In this document: positions 29,388 to 41,479 of the stretch, one piece after another
How the letters are laid out: the number at the start of each line of letters is the position of its first letter
Numbering within the stretch: position 1 is the first letter of the stretch
DNA from: a virus
Taxonomy: Duplodnaviria > Heunggongvirae > Uroviricota > Caudoviricetes
Reading direction: 5' to 3' (one strand)
IMG/VR virus record: IMGVR_UViG_3300029976_000110
Length of the DNA: 64,000 nucleotides
Notes under the pieces: generated by a model
The model's input: the letters and a program-made list of their open reading frames with translations, nothing else
Told to the model about the DNA's origin: nothing
Databases searched by the model: none
Position numbers and translations under genes: made by a program

Positions 29388-30484
29388 TATAATATAAATT
29401 TAGATGTTTGATTAACCTCATCTTCTAACTTTATGTCATCTTCAGACTCCTTCTCTAATAAATAATAAGGACTCTTATATTTTTCATAATCATATATTTC
29501 ATCTGGTTTAGGAAGTTCTGCGTAATGAGAGCAATCACCATAAAAACCGAAAGGAATCCATATATCGGAAGTACCAAACCTACTCTTTAATAAAAATATT
29601 GCAATAAAGCTCTGTTCTAATACTTTAATGTTATATTTTTTATAAGTAGAAAGTTTAAATTTATGTGGACTATGTAAAGCAATAACAACCTGACTATCCT
29701 CATATAATGCTCCTGAATCTTTAAAATCATTTGCCGAAGGATCTTGCATAGATTGCTTTAATCTCTCATCACTATTAGCACTTCTATTAAATTGAGAAAC
29801 ATGAATAGGTGATACAATCTTAGTAGTATTCCTTAAAATCACAGAATCTCTGGAAATTGCATCCATCTCATCCTTTTTAGAGCGACCGCTTGTTGCTTTT
29901 ACTAAAGATACGTGATCAATAAATACTCCTAAAATTTGTTGTGGATTATTTGGATAATAAGCACCGTTATCCCAATGTCCAAATCTTAGAAGCTGATTGC
30001 TCATAATATTTAGATATTTTTCCTCTGTTAAAGTTCCATCATAGCAAGTTATTCTTTTATCCAATTCATCAATAAAAGAATCACATTGCTTTATGAGGTT
30101 ATAATGCTCATCAGATAAGATTATATCAGCTCCTCTAGAAAATATCTCCTTAAATCTCAGCTCAATACCAAAGTTATCAAAGATATACATCGAGATTAAT
30201 TTAGCATAAACCTGTGGTTTAGTCATTTCTAAGTTAAACAAAATCCAATAAGGATCTCTTTCAGTACCGTTTCCGTTTAAGAAATTTATAAGCGGCTGGT
30301 ATAAAAATGCCCAGAGAGCATAAGTACTTTTTCCACTTCCAGATGTACCACCTATTAAATAACTAGTTCCAGGAAGGAACCCATCCATATAAGTTTCTAA
30401 CTTTTTTGACCCTATGGCTAATCCTATATTATGCCCACGTCTGCCTTCTTCTACGAGTTGATAAAATTCTTCTTTCCCAGTCAT
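29387..30484 (-). CDS. DnaB-like replicative helicase (RecA-type C-terminal domain)
   Basis: Walker A LIGGTSGSGKSTYAL. Walker B-like FIDHVSLV. Adjacent to the primase. Confidence 0.55.
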   Translation of the reverse strand: MTGKEEFYQLVEEGRRGHNIGLAIGSKKLETYMDGFLPGTSYLIGGTSGSGKSTYALWAFLYQPLINFLNGNGTERDPYWILFNLEMTKPQVYAKLISMYIFDNFGIELRFKEIFSRGADIILSDEHYNLIKQCDSFIDELDKRITCYDGTLTEEKYLNIMSNQLLRFGHWDNGAYYPNNPQQILGVFIDHVSLVKATSGRSKKDEMDAISRDSVILRNTTKIVSPIHVSQFNRSANSDERLKQSMQDPSANDFKDSGALYEDSQVVIALHSPHKFKLSTYKKYNIKVLEQSFIAIFLLKSRFGTSDIWIPFGFYGDCSHYAELPKPDEIYDYEKYKSPYYLLEKESEDDIKLEDEVNQTSKFIL

Positions 30485-31980
30485 TATAACATTTTAACAG
30501 CGTTGTAATTAATATTTCCAGAATCTCCATTTCTAATAGCTTCTAAATCTACCCATCCATTATTTATAACAAAACTGGACAGTGAACATGAAATAATATT
30601 ACCTTGTTCTTCTGCCCAGTTAACCAGTTCTATTATATGACTATGTCTTTCCTCATTCCATTTAATACTTCTTCCATATCTAAAATAGCAGTCTTCTAAA
30701 GAATTGAAATGTTTGGCAACAGTTCGCAGTGGAACCAAACTTCCATTAATTGTAGCAAACTGCGGATATGCTTCAAACAATTCCTTGCCCATCTCAAATG
30801 AGCTTCTATAGATATTCTTTACAAAGTTCTTATTTAGGGGAATAGAATAAGGATCAAATGCTTCTCCTTCATTTGGAACTTTGAACTGCTTCAGAATCAC
30901 TCCCTTATTCTGTAAGGATAACAACACATCCCTTAAATGAATATCACAAGATCGTAGAGCTTCTATATAAGATTGGAATGAATCCTCATTCTCTTCGTCT
31001 TGTAATAATAGCAGAGTTTGTATGAATAACAATTCATTCGGAGTGATTCTATATTTTTCAAGGACTGCTATCTCCTCGTCTAAGTTTATTGTTAAATTTT
31101 TCAACTAAAAGTTTAGATAATGATTTTATTATACCACATCTAAACTGTAAATAGTTATTCCGATTTCTCGGTGTTGTCAGTTACATACGTCTCTTCTTCC
31201 TTAATAGGAAGTTCATAACTTTGCATAAACTCACTTACTAGCTCGTATATCCTGTTTGATACTTTATTTACATCGTACTTCTTGTCTTGATAATAAAATT
31301 CTTGTGATTCTTTATTGTAAGGTAATTTTTCTGTTACTGCAAGAAGTAAGATGAGTTCATTCATTCTCTCGTTTATCATTTTCTTCTAATTCTTTTCTCA
31401 ATGCTCGTAATCCTCTTTTATTAAGAGAAAAGAGCTGTGTTTGTATAGGCAGTCGTAGAGGCTCATATACGTCTTCTGAGTCATCTTCCTTGCTTCCATA
31501 AGACTTTGTATGTTTCCACAATTTTGAGTCCCTAGTCCAACCTCCAGAAGCAAATAAGGCTGTTTTTAGATTATGATGGTAATATAAATAGTTAAGAAGA
31601 AACTCCCAATAATACATATCACCATTTTCTATTTCTCCTAATTCACCTTCAAAAGTAATGTTAATTGTAATACAGAATCCAATTCTCCTAAAGAAGAGTA
31701 CCCAAATAATAGGATTTCGTTCATGTCTTGGACTACTCCACTTATCTTTCCACATTACGTCATCAATATATACATCGATAATTTTAGCTATCCTTCCATA
31801 AGAAGCATACGGACAAATATTGATTCCATGATCGACATAATCTCCAAATTGAGTATGTATTTTTCTTCGGAAGATATTTCCTACTTTATGAAAGTGAAGA
31901 TGAGGTACTTTAAAGTACTTTCTAGCTTTCCACCAAGTTTTGAGAGGATTAAAGATAATGAAACTAAAATAATTATTCAT
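30484..31980 (-). CDS. three hypothetical proteins (30484..31104; 31155..31379; 31357..31980)
   Basis: ORFs of 206, 74 and 207 aa. Confidence 0.3.
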
Positions 31981-32426
31981 TCTGTTATACTAAATTTAAT
32001 TTTAAATTCGTTCTCGTCAAGTAATTCACGTCTTGCTTTTAAATCTCCTTTCCAAAAGATCTGCGGATTAATTACAAATTTCCCTTTTTCTCCTGAAATT
32101 AAGCCTAATGTTTTTAAAGTCTTTAATCCATTAGTAATAGTATTATTAGTAACACCTAATTTATTACTAATCTCTTTCCTCACATTAGCAGGTAATAGTA
32201 CTGTTCCAGTATTAAACTCAGCGTGTTCACACATCCAAGTTAGTAGCTTTCTACTTGATTCTGCGGAGAGCTTATAGTAAGGAGCAATAAAATCAATAAA
32301 TGTCATATAAAAAGAATCCTCTTTAATCTTTTCTTTATAAACCTTACTACTTTCTGTTACTAAAATTTCTCCAGTTTCTTTGTCTACTACCTGTGTTTCA
32401 ACCGATTGTACAATTTTCTTTCCCAT
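31977..32426 (-). CDS. HTH DNA-binding protein (putative transcriptional regulator)
   Basis: Helix-turn-helix ISNKLGVTNNTITNGLKTLKTLGLI. Confidence 0.45.
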   Translation of the reverse strand: MGKKIVQSVETQVVDKETGEILVTESSKVYKEKIKEDSFYMTFIDFIAPYYKLSAESSRKLLTWMCEHAEFNTGTVLLPANVRKEISNKLGVTNNTITNGLKTLKTLGLISGEKGKFVINPQIFWKGDLKARRELLDENEFKIKFSITE

Positions 32427-32668
32427 AATATAAAATATTTAAAGTTAAAATTTTCTTGTACAAAGATAAGAATATTCTAGTAAAAATCAAAATAAAATTT
32501 GTACAAAATTTTTTGTATTATTGCTTCCCCAGAATGTATTCATACGATCTGTCCTTGTGAAGACACGCTCTGTCATTGTACTCAAAAACTTGTAACCAAT
32601 TGGAAATCAAGGAGTTATAGAAAATCCTCTATCTTATCTTATTGAAAAAATATGCACTTTACTTGTGA

Positions 32669-33931
32669 TTAAAACCTAAAAGTAAACTCCTTAACTTTTT
32701 TAACATAAGGCTTTGGTTCCTTTCCTACAAGCACTGCATCAAGACCTTCTTCGTCAATAGTTATATAAGAACTATGTGCGTGACTCTTTCTAAACCACTC
32801 TTGTTCTACACTATTCTTAATTATTAAGTTAAAGATCTCCGCTTGTTTACCTTCTTCAAACCTAACAACTCTACCACGTCGTTGTGTTGCTTTAATTTCA
32901 CTAGAGTCAATTCCAAGCATGATTGCTACACTTAAACCCCGACAATCCATTCCTTCGTTGAGCTTAGCCACGGAGTTTAATACTCCGGTTGTCTTTTGAT
33001 TAAATTCTTCAAGATTAGCTCTTGCTTTCTTTTTATTATCTTTTCCTGTATATACTTCACCAATGCCTATAGCTTCAGCCATTTTAATATTGTTAGAAAA
33101 AGTAATAATCTTTGAAAAAGGTCTTGCCTCAATGATTTTTCTAGCTACCTCTATCTTCTTGGGATGATTGTTAATAAACTTTTTCCTAGCTTGTAATACC
33201 TGCATGAATCTTTGAGAATGGAATGTAATGTTCTTGAACATCTGTTTCCTTTGTTCTTCAGTAGCATTTAGTCCACACATTTCATCTCTTAATTTAGCTC
33301 GTTCAATAAAACCATTTTTACCCAGTAAAGACATGATCCTATTAAAATCATAGGAAAAGAACTCAAAGTGAGATTGAAATTCTTTATTTAATTGCTTCAA
33401 AGTATCAATATCGTCTACATCTAACAATACTTGATACTCTTTATAAGAGGCTATCCATCCATTGATCAATGCCTCCTCTAGAGATATTCGATCAATGACT
33501 GGACAATACTTTTCCATTACCTCTTTATGCTTCTCATCTAACCTTTCAAAGGTGGCAGTAAGTCCTAAAACCCACTTATATTTAATATTAGTAAAGATTT
33601 GTCTGAAGCAGATCGAATTTACTCTGTGCGCTTCATCTAATACTAATATATCTGTTTCATATTTATGTGTAGCTGCAGTATTAACTACAATTACCTCTCC
33701 ATTCAACCCGTATCCAAGAGAATCTATTTGTGCTGTCCACTGATCTTTCAAATTATCAGTTGGAACAACTACAATAAATCTTGTTTTTGGATACTTAGAC
33801 AGAAAGGACTTTAAGCATTTGAGGGCACCTATTGTTTTGCCGGTACCAGTTGGCCAAACAAAGGTTCCACAACACTTATGTTTAATCCAAGATATCCTCG
33901 CTTCTTCTTGTCTTTGATCTCTTGTTTGCAT
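32669..33931 (-). CDS. superfamily-2 DEAD/DEAH-box helicase
   Basis: Motif I WPTGTGKT. Motif II VLDEAH. Helicase C-terminal region. Confidence 0.65.
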   Translation of the reverse strand: MQTRDQRQEEARISWIKHKCCGTFVWPTGTGKTIGALKCLKSFLSKYPKTRFIVVVPTDNLKDQWTAQIDSLGYGLNGEVIVVNTAATHKYETDILVLDEAHRVNSICFRQIFTNIKYKWVLGLTATFERLDEKHKEVMEKYCPVIDRISLEEALINGWIASYKEYQVLLDVDDIDTLKQLNKEFQSHFEFFSYDFNRIMSLLGKNGFIERAKLRDEMCGLNATEEQRKQMFKNITFHSQRFMQVLQARKKFINNHPKKIEVARKIIEARPFSKIITFSNNIKMAEAIGIGEVYTGKDNKKKARANLEEFNQKTTGVLNSVAKLNEGMDCRGLSVAIMLGIDSSEIKATQRRGRVVRFEEGKQAEIFNLIIKNSVEQEWFRKSHAHSSYITIDEEGLDAVLVGKEPKPYVKKVKEFTFRF

Positions 33932-33988
33932 AATTAATTATATCACAAAAATAAAGCGACCAAAGTTTCCAAGTGATCAGTAAGGAAA

Positions 33989-35327
33989 TTAATCTTTAGT
34001 AAGATCGATTCCACGGCTTTCAGCTACTAACTCAATTTGCTTACTTCTCTCTTCCCACTGCTCTATATGATAAGAAACTTCGTTTTCTAGCTTAAATAAG
34101 ACCTTATCACGAAGAACAGTTAGCTGATCAGTAGTTAATTCTGAATATTTCTTTGGATGCAAGTTAACCATTGCTCGCAGTTCATTAAAGTTTAAACCTG
34201 ATGGTTTAACTGTTAAACGAACAGTATTCTTAATATTAAGGCGTTCTTTGATTACTTCTAACTTACTGCGAGTATTTCCATCTTTATCTTTCTCATCAAA
34301 TTCTTTCATCTCTTCTGGAGTAAGATAAATTCCAAGATTTAAGATGAAGCTAAATGTAATATGCTTATTATCGAAGCACCCTAACATATCCAGGCACCCA
34401 TTGAGAACTTCATCTATTGAAATTCTTTCAAACTCTCTAGGTAGTCCACCTGTAGCAGCAGCTATAGATATATTCTTCAATTCAGCAGAAGGAAAGTCCT
34501 TCTTGTTAGCGTTCATATACTTTCTTAAATCTTGTATATACAAGTATCTTGGATAAGGCTTACCATCTGCACAAATGGCACCAGATTCCAACTTACGAAG
34601 GAACAGTTCTACATTACATTTTCTTCTTTGTTCTCCAATAATATCTAGGAGAACGTATCTTCCAGGATTTAACTTATCAGTACTATATAGCATTGATTGA
34701 CAATGCTTATAAAATGTCTTCAATTGCTCAGGAGTTGCATCTACTAGTCTTATTTCATCCTGAGTTCCATCAGATTTTCTAGCTAATTTCCAAACAAATT
34801 CATTAATGTCATTATTTTTAGCCTCTATAGCTGCTGCAAGTTTATCACCTATTTGTGTCATATTAAATATTCTTATTCATACTATTAATTTTAAAATTAA
34901 TCTATACTATAAACTTATGAGGTTCCTTTTTCTCTACGAACTTTATAAATTGAATATTATTATAATTATATGGAATCATTTTATTTCCATCAAACCATTT
35001 ATCAATTCCAGCTCTAATTTCAAAGAAGTCTAAATATCCAACCTCACCAATCTTTATCTCTCTATGGTCCCAATTTGGAAAGCGGGTGCACATTATATAT
35101 CTTGTTTCTTTAGCTACATCACTATCTAAACACTCAAAAACATAAGTAATATAGCCTAGAGCATCTGATTCACTCGCTACTAACTTCCCGAGGATTGTCA
35201 TGCTTCTCTCTGTAATAAGTACATCCGTATTTAGCAAAATCTGACTTACACTTCTTAATTCCGTCAAAACATGGATACTTATTACACATAGAACAAGACC
35301 TCTTAGGGAATTTAAGCTTAACTCCAA
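33989..35327 (-). CDS. two hypothetical proteins (33989..34861; 34902..35327)
   Basis: ORFs of 290 and 141 aa. Confidence 0.3.
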
Positions 35328-35342
35328 ACTTATCCTGTTCCA

Positions 35343-35961
35343 TTATTTTAAAAGAAAGAATAACAAAAACCCAACACTAACAGAAATTCCACCTATTCTC
35401 CATACTAAAAGAGCTCGATTCTTTCTAGTAATTTGACTAGAAAGTTTCTTTTCTCTTTCTATAGACTCCTTATTAAGTCTATCATATTCTAGTAGTTGTA
35501 AGCTTTTTAAAGAATCTATCCTAGAAGTAACTTGATTACTTAACCTATAGTTTTGAATCTGCTCGTTTAATAACTTATTCTCTACTAATAGCTTTTTATG
35601 TTCTAGAAAAATTAAGTTAGTTTCCTTCAGCTCTTTGTAAGTTATTAGTACTGTCGAATCTGGCTCTATTCCACCTAAGGTAGTCGCGAAAGAAGGTATA
35701 GTCAGCATTAAGAGTGTTATTAATGATAGTGCTAACTTCTTCTTTGTACTGTTTATCATTATTTTGAATTAATATTTGTATTGTATCAATCCTAACTCCA
35801 ATTGAGTCCTTGGTCTTCTCTAAAGTAGATACTTCTACCCTCAGAGAATCTATTTTTTCAGTGCTAGGGGCAGATGTATTAGAATTTCTATATAGGAAAA
35901 GTCCTAATATTATGTTACAGATAAGTGAGAGAACAAAAATTATTCTAACTGCTTTATGCAC
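35343..35961 (-). CDS. two overlapping membrane/coiled-coil proteins (35617..35961 N-terminal TM + coiled coil; 35343..35759 signal/TM + coiled coil + C-terminal TM)
   Basis: Hydrophobic segments and heptad-like regions. The 143-nt frame overlap suggests an alternative internal start. Confidence 0.3.
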
Positions 35962-37183
35962 TTTTTCTGCTTATTAATCCAATTAAGATAGGTATTAACG
36001 TTATCAAGGAATTTTGGATTCTTAGCTATGTTATCTACAATAATTTTCTCAACCTCAGTAAATCCGTTCTTAATTCCTTCCATTTCTTTGCACTTTTCAA
36101 AGCGAGCTTTAGCATCTGCATATCCTGCAATATACTTTTCGGGATTAGCTTTTAGATATTCAGCTTCCTGCTTAAGTAAAGCACGAACCATTGTTGTATT
36201 AATTAAACCTCTATAACTTACAAATACAACAGGATCAGATTGTTTTGCTCTGCCTAAAGCTTTGCAAATACCAACTTTTTCTATAAATGTATCTTCTGGA
36301 TTACAAATACTTAATCCTAATTTAAGACCTTTAGAAACAGATCCAACTAAATCTGCATTAACTCCATCACTTGTAATAACATCACATTCATAAGGAAAAT
36401 CTTCACTGATTGCAGCGATAACAAAGTGATGAAGTCTGCCAGAATAATCAACGAACTGATCTTTTAGTAATTCTACGTGTTCCATTTTTAACTTTTGGTT
36501 TAGTTGGGACAAATAAAGGAAGTCCCATTTCCATAATAAAGCCTTCAGGTGCTCCAAGTAAAACTATTTCTTTAACTATCTTATACTCCTTAAAGTCCTT
36601 TACTTTTTGATCCTTCTTAATCTTTAGGAGTTTATCAGATTTATAGTATTTATCTCCAAGAAGACAAAATCCATTTTTCCAATATTTATAAGCAGATACC
36701 TCGTAGATAAAACAAGGAGCTATTTCAATACAAGCCCCGTTAAATACGTACAGGCCAGAAAGGGAGTTCGTTTGGTTTGTAAGTTCTTCCATTATAATAA
36801 TACTTACTTACTACTGACTCTATACAATTAGTTTTCTTATTCACTATGCAATATCTGCTAAGAATATCACTAATTTGATGCTGCCAGCAAATAGTAGAAT
36901 ATGTCGTATGAGGGAACTTTCGATTTTTCTTTAACTGAATAATTAGCTTAGCTCTCACAGGAATTACCCTCCTTGAGGATATAACCGAATGCATCTTACC
37001 CTTATGTTGACTTTTCATACTAGCTATCAGTTTCTTTTCCTTTAGAGTCTTTGTCCAAACGCTAGGATCTCTTGGAACTGCCTTTGGGGGTCGTATACCT
37101 AATTCAACCATTAGTGCATCATCGTGCACATTAACCCAACAATCCTCTTCATGTTGGATTACTTTTTTTACCTCTTTTTTCAT
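35940..37183 (-). CDS. hypothetical proteins (35940..36557; 36448..36792; 36740..37183)
   Basis: ORFs overlap in different frames; starts uncertain. Confidence 0.25.
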
Positions 37184-37261
37184 GCTATTATTACATTTTA
37201 TAACCTGTAAATTGCGTTAATGTAATCATATCAATACCACTACAACGTCCTAGTAGAAATC

Positions 37262-37726
37262 CTATTTACTGTACTTACTAAAAAATGAATTTACTATTTT
37301 TTGAATATTTCGATTGAAGTGAATATTATATTCTGAGTTCCAATGACCTATCTTATACACCCACTTGATATTCTTGGAAGATAAACCACCTATATAATAA
37401 GTATGATTACATTCTTCTGGATTTATAATACCTCCACCTTCTAAATAAATAGCATAGTGATAGCAAGTATTATATCCAGTTACAGAACTATCTTCTTCTT
37501 TGAAGTTTTTGACCATAGAAAAGACTTCGTGACTAATACCAAGTATATTCTTCTTTTCATCAGAATATACTATAAGTTGATAAGATAGCTTAAGTCTATC
37601 AAGGTGTCGTGCAATAAGATACGCAATGAAGCAACAACCACCTTTATTAATATTATAAGAACTCACTAAGTTTTCACAAAGCAAATTCAAATTATCTACT
37701 AACTTGTGAACATTTAATGCACGCAT
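37262..37726 (-). CDS. hypothetical protein, possible papain-like Cys/His peptidase
   Basis: NKGGCCFIAYLIA (candidate Cys nucleophile) and NTCYHYAIYLEGGG (candidate His). Confidence 0.2.
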   Translation of the reverse strand: MRALNVHKLVDNLNLLCENLVSSYNINKGGCCFIAYLIARHLDRLKLSYQLIVYSDEKKNILGISHEVFSMVKNFKEEDSSVTGYNTCYHYAIYLEGGGIINPEECNHTYYIGGLSSKNIKWVYKIGHWNSEYNIHFNRNIQKIVNSFFSKYSK

Positions 37727-38671
37727 AGTGCTTCCAATAATTCAATTTCTCTATTAAATTCATTTAAATACTCACTTAATTTTAAAGCTTCTGGATGTTT
37801 TTGACTTATCCTATATTGGACTACTTTCTCTAAAGCAGCATCAAGAGGTAAAGCATAAGCAACATTTTTAAATTCACATCTAGGTTCCCCACCTCTTGGC
37901 TTTACAACATATAATAACTCTAAATCAAAGTGAATACTATGTTCATTAACCGATGTTAACCGAAAGTCTTCTTCTTCTATTACCATTCCTTATTATAATT
38001 TATATAAAACTTGTCTGGAACATTAACTAACATAAGTTAGTTTTCACTTTCCTTTATACTTAGTTAATTTAGTTATCATGATGCAGCTCCAGTCTTTTGA
38101 TGAATACTGCCTGGACGAGTTAGAGATGCTTTATCCTTTTCTGGTAGCCTATCCCACCATACTTGTGCTGCCTTTAAGTTAGCCACTTTCTTTTTATATT
38201 TCATTACTTTATATTTAATTGTTCATTAATAGTAAAACGAATAAACCCAACAGCTTGAGGACAATCATATTCATCCATAGGGGCTAATAGTAAACCTCTC
38301 CAAGCAGGAATACGTTTATCCTTTTTAACTTCTCCTATTATAACTTTTCCTGTAATAAAAGAACTAAATTGTTGTTCAACATAATTAAGAGCTTCTTCAA
38401 CTGTATTAAAAGAAACTTCTTGAGCTAGTGCTTCCTCTAAAGGGACTGAACTACCTGTTAAGCTAACATGAACTCCTGTTATTTTAGCAAAAGTTCCATA
38501 ATTATAGTTCTTGTCACGATCATCACCATCAAGGTGAACAATACAGAAACTACATCTCTTATCAAGAATAGTTCCTATTTTACCAACATCATTTTTACGA
38601 AGTTGATTTTTAGTATTAGCGTGTAGAATTAATATTCTATCACCAACGTTGTAGTTATTTCTGAGTTTCAT
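37714..38671 (-). CDS. two hypothetical proteins (37714..37986; 38204..38671)
   Basis: ORFs of 90 and 155 aa. Confidence 0.3.
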
Positions 38672-38674
38672 AAT

Positions 38675-39700
38675 TTATTCCTCCTCATAATCGTCAGTCG
38701 TTCCTATCAGCTTGGCTGTCTTGTCGTTGTAGGGCAGGCACTCGTTAGCAAATCCGCAAAGGGTTCTATATGGATAATAGGGGTTCTCCTTATCGTAATG
38801 ACTAAACATCCCCGCCGTCCACTCACCAACTTCGTCATCGTCCTTACATCTTTCAACTATCCTGTCAAACGGCAGAAACCAATGTATGATTTTCCGCTTG
38901 CTCTTCGAGTAGTGCAGGTGGTTAGGCTCCAACATTTTCTCATTCCACTTGGTGATTTCTTCGGGGGTGGCGAGATGGGCGTGTTCTCCAAAGGCATCGC
39001 TGTCAAAATACCGCTGGATTAAACGTGGGTCTAATTCATACAATCGGTGAGTGGGATGTTCAGACGCGACCATGTATTTTGCGCCACAGATTACTACATC
39101 TCCCACCTTAAACTCAGGCTCCTCTTCTTTCTCTTCAAGTTTCAGCTCCGTGCCTGTAGAGAGGATGTATTCGTAACAATAAGGACGATAATTTATAGAA
39201 TGTGTGTTTATTTCATGTGTGATAGCATCTATATAAACAACACCTCCTGCTAAAAGATAAGTTGTATACAGACTTTTAATATAGCCCTCGTGTTCAAAGT
39301 ATTCAATAGCTTTAACTGTTTCTGCTTGATTATTTACTTTAATGTACTTAACCTTATAGAAACTCCAATCTTGAACATCCTTTGAAGGAAAAAACATTGG
39401 TTCCGCAGTTGGGTCCGCATTTACATCATAACCTTTAGAGTCGTAAGAACGTGCATCTCCATTATCAGCATAGACAAAAATAGAATTGTCTTCTATATGA
39501 GAAAAGACAACTTGACCACACTCTCTTGAATAAAATGGTGTATTTTCTTTACAGTCTCTTAGGAGTTCAATTAAGTTTAATTGAGTGTTATAGAATCCTA
39601 ATGTATTTTGTTGCTTCATCTTATTATAATTTGCTTTATTATAGTCAAAAATTACTATGGTATTAAATTTTTTTATACCATTATTCTTTTGTTTGATCAA
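38675..39700 (-). CDS. hypothetical protein; paralog of the partial gene at 1..940
   Basis: 341 aa. Shares the EYILSTGTELKLEEKEE block and a ~40-nt identical DNA island with the gene at the window start. Confidence 0.45.
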   Translation of the reverse strand: MIKQKNNGIKKFNTIVIFDYNKANYNKMKQQNTLGFYNTQLNLIELLRDCKENTPFYSRECGQVVFSHIEDNSIFVYADNGDARSYDSKGYDVNADPTAEPMFFPSKDVQDWSFYKVKYIKVNNQAETVKAIEYFEHEGYIKSLYTTYLLAGGVVYIDAITHEINTHSINYRPYCYEYILSTGTELKLEEKEEEPEFKVGDVVICGAKYMVASEHPTHRLYELDPRLIQRYFDSDAFGEHAHLATPEEITKWNEKMLEPNHLHYSKSKRKIIHWFLPFDRIVERCKDDDEVGEWTAGMFSHYDKENPYYPYRTLCGFANECLPYNDKTAKLIGTTDDYEEE

Positions 39701-40524
39701 TTCCTTCTATAGTACTTGGATAATTTATAAGCGGAAATCTCACAATACCTTCTTTTGGATCGTAGATGATGAAATAAATATCAAACATTGATTCATTATC
39801 TTCAAGACCAATAATGACACCATCTTCCGTATCAGAATGATATTCCTTACCAATATATTTTTGGAATTTCTCTGGAACGTCTTTTCCAAAGTATTGTGTT
39901 GTTATAAATTCTCCTTTATGACCGAGAAGATCTTTCTTAATAGTTTCTGTATAAATCATATTAATCCCACCAATCCCTTAAATATCGAGTTCTCCATTGA
40001 TTATAAATCTTCCATGCTTTTTGTTCATATAAATCAGCCATAACTGAGGGAGATTCATATTTAGAAAAGTCATCATCACTAAACCTGTTAGCATTGCGAG
40101 TGTTTACATACTTTAGAAGTTCCCATTCTCCATTACCTTTATAATTAATAATAGAGAAACCATTATCAAGTACAATATCTATAAGGCGAAGAGCAGTATT
40201 CATTCTTTCTACATCTCTTTCATATCCTACATGACTATGAAATTTAGCAATAGAATCTCGTACTCTTTTAATTTGTTCCCTTTCTACTATTAAAATAGAA
40301 AAGAAATCAGAGTCATAACACTCAAAGCAAGGTTTACGATATGCAAACCATCTCTTCACATTGTTAATAAATCTAAGAAACGACCCTTTGGCTTGCTGCA
40401 ACTGCCAACTTATCTGCTCTATTATTCCATTTAGTAAATTCTTTATCGTCATTTTGATGGCCTTTAACGTGTTTAAATTCAATTTTGTTGCAAAGAGTAT
40501 GAACTCTCTTAAATTCGTAATCAA
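39681..40524 (-). CDS. two hypothetical proteins (39681..39959; 39961..40524)
   Basis: ORFs of 92 and 187 aa. Confidence 0.3.
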
Positions 40525-40816
40525 AAACTTTCCAGAGAGATTGATTCTTTTTCCTTTTCCAACCTAGAGTAGCACATCCTATGCAATACTCACTATCAGT
40601 AACAATGGTTAAAGAATCAATTGGTTTCTTAATAGCCCTAAGACCTATTATAATAGCTGCTAATTCCATTTGATTATTAGTAGTATTATTAAAGCCTTTA
40701 GAATACTCAAGGATTACGTTATCTCCTTGTAAGAAGATAACTCCAATTCCACCTTGATCACGAGAAGAGGAATAGGCTCCATCTGTTATTAAAGTATATT
40801 TCATAAAAAAAGCCAT
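40373..40816 (-). CDS. rnhA: ribonuclease H (type 1)
   Basis: DGAY..GGIGV, MELAAII.GL, TDSEY, HVKGHQND..N.RADKLA. Confidence 0.8.
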   Translation of the reverse strand: MAFFMKYTLITDGAYSSSRDQGGIGVIFLQGDNVILEYSKGFNNTTNNQMELAAIIIGLRAIKKPIDSLTIVTDSEYCIGCATLGWKRKKNQSLWKVFDYEFKRVHTLCNKIEFKHVKGHQNDDKEFTKWNNRADKLAVAASQRVVS

Positions 40817-40851
40817 GCAAGAGCAAAAACTCTCACATAGCCCTGTAAATA

Positions 40852-41347
40852 TTAGGATCGAAGATAATTTACTACCGATTGTAATTTGTCAGCATCTTCA
40901 TTTCTAAATATAAACTCCTCAAAATCTCCATACTTGGACTTATGTCCGAAGATATATTTGATTGCATTTATAGGACGTTTCAAAAATCTATCTGGAATTA
41001 AATGTACTGATACGTAAACTTCCTTGTCATCTGGAAAATAAGAGAAGATGAGTTGATGTTCTGTACCATTACACTGACAAATAAATAACTTTGATATAAT
41101 CTTCTGATCTGTTGTATTTATCATATTATGTCTATAATTAATTCGAGGAATATAAATCTCTGTTTACTATTATTGATAATGTATCGGATGGTTCTTCGTA
41201 GAAGTTATCCACGATGTTTCCTTCGTTGTCCTTTCGAATAATACCTAAAGCCCATAGAGCTTGTGTAAATCGAAAAGTAGGATTCTTGCATAAAAACTCT
41301 GTAAGTAATGCAAGAATCTTCTTATTATATTCAATTCGGTCCATCAT
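40852..41347 (-). CDS. two small hypothetical proteins (40852..41124; 41138..41347)
   Basis: ORFs of 90 and 69 aa. Confidence 0.3.
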
Positions 41348-41479
41348 TAATAGCAGATATTATTAGTCTAATTCCTTCTTTTACTCCACAAGCGTGTGCC
41401 CTATTAACTAAATCATTTGCAATTCTGAGAGAAATAACTCCTTCAGATGAATATGTCAAAAGATCATCAATAACTTCTT

